Assembly: GCA_002269645.1 (NCBI GenBank)
Contig: NIVC01001615.1
Span: forward strand, 62,001 to 126,000
Origin: Macrostomum lignano
Taxonomy: Eukaryota
Length of the DNA stretch: 64,000 bases
Direction of reading: 5' to 3'
The translations under genes and the position numbers were made by a program. Positions 48,906 through 58,969 of this stretch are shown one piece after another. The first letter of the stretch is position 1, and the number at the start of each line of letters is the position of its first letter. The notes beneath the pieces were generated by a model, which was not told the origin of the DNA, did not search any database, and worked only from the letters and a program-made list of their open reading frames with translations.

Positions 48906-49320
48906 TATCAATCCACGCATTCTACCTGAAGGCAGCCCACTCTCACTCAAACTGTAACACAAAGCAAGTACAGTCGCCCAGCCCAACTCAAAGTCAGAGT
49001 CGCTCAATTCGTTCGCCCAGCTCAAACCGCAGGCTTTGCTCACCTGACCAGGAAAAAAAGCCGAAGTTGTTAAAGGGTTTTTCTTCGTATTAGCTTGGTA
49101 GATTTGGCTGCTCACATGAGCTCAGCCAGCCACGTACTTATAGCCATTGCCATGCACTGCTCACTTGAGCTGTTATCTCATCTGACAGAGCAAATGCTTT
49201 TTAATCTGTCACGCCTGGCTGAGCACTCACTGCACACTAACACTGGCCCAGCAACAGCCATCGAACTGAGCCTGTCAGCCAACTGCAGTCTCTGACAATC
49301 CCGCCAGTGTCACACCTCTG

Positions 49321-52300
49321 ATGCAGTCAGCCCCGACCTTCAAGCTGGTGCTCATCGGCGAGAGTGGGGTGGGCAAAACCTCCTTGTTCATGCGGGTCAA
49401 GGAGAACCGCTTCTGCTCCGAGGCCGCTCTGGGACTCGAGTTCTGCACCGCCGATGCCACCGTGGATGGCGTCAGGATCAAGGTGGGTGACTGACTGACT
49501 GACTGACTGACTGACTGACTGACTGACTGACTGACTGACTGACTGACTGACTGACTGACTGACTGACTGACTGACTGACTGACTGACTGGCTGACTGACT
49601 GACTGACTGACTGACTGACTGACTGACTGCTCACCAGAAAGGTTTCAAAAAGCATCGGACTTACCAATTTACTGGCTGCAAAGTTACAAAAATTTGGCTT
49701 ATCGACCGCAGCGCTTCTGAGCAGACCCAGCGGCAGCTCAGGCCAGCAGCTTCATTATCAGCTCCCAATATTGGGACAAACTGCGATAACAAAGGTTCCG
49801 CCTGAGCACTGTAGAATTTACAACCGCTGGGTAATGCTTAGGGTCCAGGTGTATTAGAGATTAGGCTGGGGTCGGAGTGGCTGCTCCCGGTTATGCCTTA
49901 GCTCGGGAATCAGCTGGGAGGCTGGGAGATCAAATCCATTTCTAAGCGCGTGGATTTTTTTGAAGAACGAAACCCCCTCTGACTGTATCTGACAGGTGGA
50001 ATGCAAACTCCGCTTTTTTAGACAGAATTTTTAGCATTGACAGGCGCGTACAGGTATGCATTAGTGACGATTGGCTGACTGCTTCATCTATGCTCACCTG
50101 AGCACTGGCTGGAGTTGCCTGTCCCGCACTGGCCCTGGCCATTGTGTTGCAACAACAGGACAGCTCTCAGCGCCCGCCCACTCGCAATTCGTCAATTAAT
50201 TTGAAGGGCTGGTCAGAAACTGTTCGGAGCGACTGCGGGTGGCCGGGGATGATGGGGGGCTGGCGGCAGCTGGGCTTGCTTATTTTGTAGCTTTCTCTGC
50301 TTTAGAACTTTTCTTATCATGATGAGGCCTGCCCACCGTATCTAACAGGTTGTCGGCCCGCCCTGTCTACCAGACTGTTTACTCTCCCAATATACCAGAC
50401 TGTCTACTCTCCAAGTATACCAGACTGTCTACTCTCCCAGTCTACTAGATTGTCTACTCACCCAATCTACCAGTCTGTCTACTCACCCAATCTACCAGTC
50501 TGTCTACTCACCCAATCTACCAGTCTGTCTACTCTCCCAATCTATCAGACTGTCTACTCTCCCAATCTACCAGACTGTCTACTTTCTCTATCTACCAGAC
50601 TCTCTACTCACCCAATCTACCAGACTGTCTACTCACCCTATCTACCAGACTGTCTACTCACCCAATCTACCAGACTGTCTACTCACCCTATCTACCAGAC
50701 TGTCTACTCACCCTACTTTATATTCCAGCTCGCACTCTGGGACACGGCAGGCGTGGAGCGATTCCGCACCCTGACCAGGAACTACTACCGGCACTGCCAC
50801 TGCGCCCTGCTGGTCTGCAGTCTGGACGACAAGAGCTCGCTGGACAATTTGCACAGGTGGAACCAGGATGTCGACTTCTACTGCAAAGACTGTGAGGACG
50901 CTGGTCCCACCCGACCTCAGCAAGACCCCAGCCCAAGGACCACTGCAGTATAACAGGACGTAAAACTCAAAGATCGTGTAATTTTTAGGAGGCCAATTTC
51001 CTAAAAATAAAAAAATCATCTTTGCGGTGTATTATGTAGATTTTTTTCACGTCCCGTTATACTACTGTGGTTCTAGACCCAGCCTGGCCCCACCTGACCC
51101 CACCCGACCCCACCAGACCCCACCTGACCCCACCCGACCCCACCAGACCCCACCTGACCCCACCAGACCCCACCTGACCCCACCTGACCCACCCGACCCC
51201 ACCAGACCCCACCTGACCCCACCTGACCCCACCCGACCCCACCAGACCCCACCTGACCCCACCCGACCCCACCAGACCCCACCAGACCCCACCCGACCCC
51301 ACCAGACCCCACCTGACCCCACCCGACCCCACCAGACCCCACCTGACCCCACCTGACCCCACCCGACCCCACCAGACCCCACCTGACCCACCTGACCCCA
51401 CCCGACCCCACCAGACCCCACCTGACCCCACCCGACCCCACCAGACCCCACCAGACCCCACCTGACCCCACCAGACCCCACCTGACCCCACCTGACCCAC
51501 CTGACCCCACCCGACCCCACCAGACCCCACCTGACCCCACCTGACCCCACCCGACCCCACCAGACCCCACCTGACCCCACCCGACCCCACCAGACCCCAC
51601 CAGACCCCACCTGACCCCACCAGACCCCACCTGACCCCACCTGACCCACCTGACCCCACCCGACCCCACCAGACCCCACCTGACCCCACCCGACCCACCA
51701 GACCCCACCTGACCCCACCTGACCCACCTGACCCCATTCGACCCACCAGACCCCACCTGACCCCACCCGACCCCACCAGACCCCACCTGACCCCACCAGA
51801 CCCCACCTGACCCCACCTGACCCACCTGACCCCACCAGACCCTACCCGACCCCACCAGACCCCACCTGACCCACCTAACCCCACCAGACCCTACCCGACC
51901 CCACCAGACCCCACCCGACCCCACCAGACCCACCAGACCCCACCCGACCCCACCAGACCCCACCTGATTCAACCAGACCCAACCAGACACCACTAGATCC
52001 CACCAGACCCCACCAGACCCCACCAGACCCCACCAGACCCCACCAGACCCCACCAGACCCCACCAGACCCCACCAGACCCTACCTGAACCCACCTGACCC
52101 AACCCGACCCCGCTTGTTGCCACTCCTTCTCCATTCCCATTCTCCATTGACTCCATTCCCACCCACCCCTGAGCCACTCCATCAGTGCCAGCCATGACCA
52201 CCCGCAGGCTTGAAGGTCATTGTGGCCAACAAGAATGATCTGCAACCCGAGGTGTCCGCAGAGCAGCTGCAGAACTTCGCTTCCACCTTCGGCTGCAAGC

Positions 52301-54722
52301 AGGTCTTTTACGTGTCAGCGAAAACTGGTGAGCATTTGTGAGGATACAGATTTGTAGCCAGCTGCATACTTGTGATGCTGAGATTGATCCCAGTGAGATT
52401 CATGATGCTGAGATTGATCCCAGTGAGATTCATGATGCTGAGATTGATCCCAGTGAGATTCATGATGCTGAGATTGACCCCAGTGAAATTTATGATGCTG
52501 AGATTGACCCCAGTGAGATTCATGATGCTGAGATTGATCCCAGTGAGATTTATGATGCTGAGATTGATCCCAGTGAGATTCATGATGCTGAGATTGATCC
52601 CAGTGAGATTTATGATGCTGAGATTGATCCCAGTGAGATTCATGATGCTGAGATTGACCCCAGTGAAATTTATGATGCTGAGATTGACCCCAGTGAGATT
52701 CATGATGCTGAGATTGATCCCAGTGAGATTTATGATGCTGAGATTGATCCCAGTGAGATTCATGATGCTGAGATTGACCCCAGTGAAATTTATGATGCTG
52801 AGATTGACCCCAGTGAGATTCATGATGCTGAGATTGATCCCAGTGAGATTTATGATGCTGAGATTGATCCCAGTGAGATTCATGATGCTGAGATTGACCC
52901 CAGTGAAATTTATGATGCTGAGATTGACCCCAGTGAGATTCATGATGCTGAGATTGATCCCAGTGAGATTTATGATGCTGAGATTGATCCCAGTGAGATT
53001 CATGATGCTGAGATTGACCCCAGTGAAATTTATGATGCTGAGATTGACCCCAGTGAGATTCATGATGCTGAGATTGATCCCAGTGAGATTTATGATGCTG
53101 AGATTGATCCCAGTGAGATTCATGATGCTGAGATTGACCCCAGTGAAATTTATGATGCTGAGATTGACCCCAGTGAGATTCATGATGCTGAGATTGATCC
53201 CAGTGAGATTTATGATGCTGAGATTGATCCCAGTGAGATTTGTGATGCTGAGATTGATCCCAGTGAGATTTGTGATGCTGAGATTGATCCCAGTGAGATT
53301 TATGATGCTGAGATTGACCCCAGTGAGATTCATGATGCTCAGATTGATCCCAGTGAGATTCATGATGCTGAGATTGACCCCAGTGAGATTCATGATGCTG
53401 AGATTGATCCCAGTGAGATTCATGATGCTGAGATTGATCCCAGTGAGATTTGTGATGCTGAGATTGATCCCAGTGAGATTTGTGATGCTGAGATTGATCA
53501 CAGTGAGATTTATGATGCTAAGATTTATGACAGTGAGATTGATCACAATGAGATTGATCACAATGAGATTGATCACAAAAAGATTGATCACAGTGAGATT
53601 GATCCCAATGAGATTGATCACAATGAGATTGATCACAATGAGATTGATCACAATGAGATTGATCACAATGAGATTGATCACAATGAGATTGATCACAATG
53701 AGATTGATCACAATGAGATTGATCACAATCATTTGATCACAATGAGATTGATCACTATGATTTGATCACAATGAGATTGATCACAATCATTTGATCACAA
53801 TGAGATTGATCACTATGAGATTGATAACAATGAGATTGATCACAATGAGATTGATCACAATGAGATTGATCACAATGAGATTGATCACAATCATTTGATC
53901 ACAATGAGATTGATCACTATGAGATTGATCACAATGAGATTGATCACAATGAGATTGATCACAATCATTTGATCACAATGAGATTCATCACTATGATTTG
54001 ATCACAATGAGATTGATCACTATGAGATTGATCACTATGATTTGATCACAATGAGATTGATCACAATCATTTGATCACAATGAGATTGATCACAATCATT
54101 TGATCACAATGAGATTGATCACAATGAGATTGATCACTATGATTTGATCACAATGAGATTGATCACAATCATTTGATCACAATGAGATTGATCACAATGA
54201 GATTGATCACAATGAGATTGATCACAATGAGATTGATCACAATGAGATTGATCACAATGAGATTGATCACAATGAGATTGATCACAATGAGATTGATCAC
54301 AATGAGATTGATCACAATCATTTGATCACAATGAGATTGATCACTATGATTTGATCACAATGAGATTGATCACAATCATTTGATCACAATGAGATTGATC
54401 ACTATGATTTGATCACTATGAGATTGATCACTATGAGATTGATCACAATCATTCCCACTTGTCTGCAGGTGATGGAGTTCAGCAGCTGCTGACGGACACG
54501 GGGCGGCTGTTGATGGGCGCCCACCTGCTCGGCCGAAAAGCGTCGACACGCACGACAGCAGCAGGCGGCCCAGCCTCCGGTCGACCAGCTTCATCTGGCG
54601 GCGCCCTCAGGCTGGACGCAGCGGGAGGGCGTCGCGGCTCGGCCGGTGCCGGTGCCGGGCAGCTGCGGCAGGACGGGGCAGAGGGGGAGGCCGGAGAGAA
54701 GCGGTGCTGCAGACTCCTCTGA
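49321..54722 (+). CDS. Atypical Rab-family small GTPase, 4 exons
   Basis: Exons 49321-49482, 50729-50891, 52208-52327, 54469-54722 with consistent phases. G1 GESGVGKT, G3 WDTAGVE, RFRTLTRNYYR, G4 NKND, G5 SAK, and C-terminal CCRLL prenylation motif. Confidence 0.9.
49489..49629. repeat. (GACT)n microsatellite (Rab intron 1)
   Basis: Near-perfect tetranucleotide run starting just after the donor site. Confidence 0.95.
50375..50715. repeat. Minisatellite, 25-bp unit CTACTCACCCAATCTACCAGACTGT (Rab intron 1, 3' end)
   Basis: Tandem copies up to the acceptor. Confidence 0.92.
51080..52110. repeat. Minisatellite, 10-bp unit GACCCCACC(T/C/A) (Rab intron 2)
   Basis: About 100 copies, often as T/C/A trimers. 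Confidence 0.95.
52365..54450. repeat. Compound satellite: 30-bp unit GATGCTGAGATTGATCCCAGTGAGATTCAT grading into 15-bp GAGATTGATCACAAT (Rab intron 3)
   Basis: About 2 kb of tandem copies with a 120-bp higher-order period in 52621-53220. Confidence 0.96.
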
Positions 54723-55449
54723 TGATGAGTGGATCTGATATTCTTGAGTTAATTACGAGCATATCAGATGGATAATAAATTTTTCTGAGCCGCTGGCTTG
54801 TGCTCAGTTTGAGCCAATTTGGCTTTGTATTTGCAACCCTCCATTGGCAGCTTTTTAATACTGTGTTTTAATTTATTACTTTTATTTGTATGCAGCTGCA
54901 TATGTAAGTGGGCATCGGGGTCAACTGAGGACATACTAGTGTAATCGTTCAATGAGTATAGATAGACATCGGGGTCAACATAAAGAAACAAACAATAAGT
55001 AGTTATACTAGGGGACAGCAGGGTCATTTGAGGTCACACATTGAGTTCGAATCACAATGACGCCCTACGGAAGTTGCCTTGAAAAGTTTGAACGAAGTCG
55101 CCGAAGTTGGGCGCGAAACATTTCGCAGAAAAGTCATTCGTCTACAAGCCAAATTGGGACGAACTGATGCAATTTTATCAATTTGGTCTATGGTTGAACC
55201 CATCAAGATGGAATTCCAGCCCCAGGAGAAAATAGTGAGCTCTCATCACTGTACTCGAACTAAGCTTGCAAAAGGGACGCTTGACTATTAATTTTATATT
55301 GAATTTTTGTTTCTTCAACTGTCAGAAAGAAAGCCTAAAAAGTCTATTAGAAGCGAGCCAGCAATTTAGCAAATAGCGGCACAGAAGGAGCAGCAAGCAG
55401 CAAAAAACGCGCACCAAGCAGCAGGCAACTGAAGCAGCAGCCAGCCGGA

Positions 55450-57777
55450 ATGCCGCGCAGCCCGTCCGGCCCGGAGCCGAAGCGGCCCAAGAAGCGCCAC
55501 GCCCGGCGAATTCTGCGGTTCCTGCGCGGCCTCTTCGCTGCCAGCCCGACTGCACCGCCGGAGATTCTGGCATCCGGTCTCGGCGGCGGCGGCAGCGGCT
55601 GCGGCTGCGGCTGCTGCACCGGCATCGGCGGCAGCGGCTGTCCGGCTGCGGACGGCAGCGGCCTCGGCAACGCCGCAGGTGTTCCGCAGATTCGGGTGCG
55701 AGTCCAGCTGCCGCCGCCGCAACAGCTGCCGCAACCGCCGTCGGCATCGCAGTGCGAGCATCCGTGCTGCCTCATGCACCGTCAGGAAGGAGACGAGCCT
55801 GCTTCGACAAGCCGCTGGACTGACAGCAGGTCGCCGTCGCCGTCACACCCGCAGCCGGAGACGATCGACAACGTGGGAAATGCCGATGGCGGCGCCAGCG
55901 ACGACCTGGAGGCGGCCCCGGGCGCTTTCGAGTGTCCTTCAATCGGCCGCGAATCGACCGTCTCGACGACGACTCTGCAGCCAGCCGAGCCACCTTCGAC
56001 ACCCCGACTGTCGCAGATGTCGAAACCCATCGACAACGCGTCGTCGTCGACATCGGCATCAGCGTCGGCGTCGGCAGCTCGCCGCCTGACGACAACCACC
56101 GCGGCGTTGATAACGCCGGTGCGGACCGCCTCGCTGCAGCAGGCGGCGGCGCTGATTGGACCGCCGACTGACGACGTTGGCGCCGTCAGAAGCTGCCGAC
56201 TGCAGCCGGCGCCAGTCAGCCTGCGGCAGGTGGTCACCATGAGCGGCGGCGGCGGCAGTTGCGTGGAATCCGGAGCCGTGGCTTCGGCCGAACGGGAGAC
56301 GCCTCCTAAACTGACTGACGGCTCGACAGTGAGTTTTATTACAAGCTTTTTCCTCGAACAGCCCCTGGTGCTAAAGCTCTTGGTGCTAAAGCCCCTGGTG
56401 CTAAAGCCCTCAAAAGACTCCCTTAATGAAAACTCCCGGCTCCGCCCCTGATGCACTTCTGCGTTGCTCTTGCTGAACCCAAAGTTTAAGAAGCCAAACT
56501 CGTATTTCTGCAACATTGAGCAGCTCCCGCCTGCCGTCAGCGCAGCCCGCCAGCTGCAGCTGCCCAAGGTGCAGTGGCTGTTCCAGACGTCTCACTCGGC
56601 TGCCGCCCTGCCGCCGCAGCCAACGACGCGTACAGCGGATGCCGCTGAACTGGACGAGCCCGTCGCCAATGTCGAGACTGGGCGCGGCGGCTGCCGACTG
56701 CTGCAGCTGCACCGGCACCAATCGGCCGTGGCTTCATCGGCGAGTCAGCGACAAACCCTGCTGGCAGCATCAACTCCACCGCAGCCGCAGCCGCCGCGAC
56801 AGGTGAAGCTGCGCCCGCTGCAGCTGAGCGAGCTCAGGCCGGAAGTTTCAACTAACCACAGACTCGGCGATTGTTGCAGCTCGCTGCGGCCTTCTGATGG
56901 CATTTCGGACAAGCAGCAGCCACAGCAGCAGCAACAGCAGCAGCCACAGCAGCAGTTGCCGTCACCATCGGCAAGCTTGAAAGCCGCGGCCAAGCCGATG
57001 CGCACCAACTCGCTGCTGGTCGGTCGCGTCGCCGAAACGGTTCGACGAATCAATGCCATCCCGACGGCTGGCACCGCTGCCGACCGATCGGAACCGACGG
57101 TCCCGATGTCAACGTCGAACACGCTGGACCCGACCCGGGGCGAGCAGCATCGCTACCGGCTGCGGCAGCTCGCCTCCGGACCGAGCTCGCGATTCTATCG
57201 GGCCGATGCGGCCGCCGTTTTGTCGTCGTCGACGTCGTCGTCGTCGCGTCCTCCGAACTTGCCGAGCGGCGCCAAGCTTCGAGTCGAGTTTTCCAAACCG
57301 GATGAAACTCGCAAGATGACAACGACTGGCGGCCTCGTCAGAAGCGCAACCTCGGTTGCCAGTGGCAACAAGCCGCAGGTGAACTTCTCCGAGCTTCTCG
57401 CCCGGTTCGAAGTTGTCGATCGACGCAGGCGCGCCAGAGCGGCAGCTGCGGAGGCTCCGGCCGCCGATGACCATCCATCAACAACTGAGGTCCCCTCAGC
57501 CTCGAACTCCAAACCTCCTAATCGTTCGTCAAGCGCAAACAGGGATGCTGCGGAGGTTCAAGCGCGGGAACCTGGCCTAAAAACCAACAAGATTGTCTGC
57601 AAGAGCGACCCGCCAGCTTCAACGGCGCAATCGGCAGTCGCACTGCCGACATGCAGACGGCGGCTGCTGCTGCTGCCGGGCTGCATGCTGTGCAGCCTCG
57701 CGGTGCTGCTGGGGCTGCTCGGCCTGCTTCTGCTGGGACACGTGATTAGAGCTCGGGTACTGGCTGTGTACATGTAA
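55450..57777 (+). CDS. Orphan, largely disordered Ser/Ala/Pro-rich protein with a basic N-terminus and a C-terminal transmembrane helix, 2 exons
   Basis: ATG at 55450 and two GC-rich in-frame ORFs joined by a GT-AG intron (donor ACA|GTGAGT at 56329, acceptor at 56520 or 56523, phase 0) that contains the in-frame TGA and a 15-bp repeat. Ends LLLLPGCMLCSLAVLLGLLGLLLLGHVIRARVLAVYM*. Confidence 0.65.
56362..56406. repeat. Three copies of 15-bp CCCCTGGTGCTAAAG in the orphan-gene intron
   Basis: Directly visible; one copy has a mismatch. Confidence 0.85.
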
Positions 57778-58969
57778 CTAATTAGGGCTTTTAGAGTAGG
57801 GAATTGCGACTTAAGTTCTCCTAAAGCATTCCTACCCATTAAGCTTGACTTGCCAGACAGAATCGATAAGACCTTCGATACAGGCACATTCCTACAGTAC
57901 AAATTATAGTTCTGTACGTGAAGGTGGTGCATTTGTAATTATTATATTTTCTTTTTTAACCAATTTACTGTGCTATCATTTAGATATGAGCTAAAATACA
58001 TGTCATTTTTATAGGTGAGAAATATTACTTTGTAGAACACAGAATATTTTATTTACACAGAAATTTACATTAGCGAAAACTTTATACAATTAATCAACTG
58101 AAACGAATAAATATATTTAAATAATATTAAATTTAATTCTAAAGCAAATTTTCCGCGACCGTAGCTTCAAAAACTTAATAGTGATGCCTTTTGATACCCA
58201 TATTATTAAAGTTGTAAAAATCTCGACTGCGCTAAAGTGCAAGACACTTTACTTTTCGGCATAGCACCGATTACTGTGGCTTAATGCCAAGAACATAACA
58301 TGGCATTCCTACATGTTAATTCTACTGTGTTAAATCGGATGCGCATAAAATTTTGCAGTAGTAAAAAAGAATATTAAATATCAATATTATTCTTGGTCGG
58401 TATTTCGGACCCACACGGCATCCAGTCAAAGGCTGCAGTCGATTGAGTAAACGACACTAAAATAATTTATATGTGATTCATATTCTTAGTGTCATTCGAT
58501 GATAAATCAGGTGCTGGTTTAGGTTTTTTGAAAGAGTCAAAAAAACTCTTTCACGTTTTCATTATCATTTTTAGTAGAACTAAACGTTGACATTTAATGG
58601 ACTTATCAATAGAGCAGTAGATTAGATTCCATTCCAAAAACTAGCAACCAATAAAGAAACCCGACAAAATTAAATTATATCTCAGCTATATTCAAAATGT
58701 CTAAAAAAGATGAAGTTTTTTTAATTTAGTGCTGTTAAGCTTGATTAATTTTTCTAATGCAGAAGTAACTTTTGTGTTAAAGTTTGTTTCACGCAAATAA
58801 CTCGGTTTTATTACAGCGCGATATTTCAAACTCGCGCTTTACATAAAAAAACAATCCTGTCCGATAAATGAAATCTCCGATTGTTTTACACACTAGGCCT
58901 ATTGCTTAATTGTCAACGAAATACACCGATCTGCTGCTTTTCATACGAAATTATTAGCTAAAAATTAAA

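Noticed and set aside
50318-50400. C/D snoRNA in Rab intron 1 (ATGATGA box)
   Set aside because: No matching D box with a terminal stem at a suitable distance.
52308-53765. Long ORFs (454-475 aa) such as (DAEIDPSEIH)n on both strands
   Set aside because: Stop-free translations of a 30-bp satellite lying inside Rab intron 3, which is bounded by in-phase GT-AG sites.
56449-56451. Selenocysteine or readthrough TGA joining the 333-aa and 437-aa ORFs
   Set aside because: A strong GTGAGT donor and in-phase acceptors flank the stop, and the segment is AT-richer and repeat-bearing, so an intron is the simpler explanation. No SECIS was recognised.
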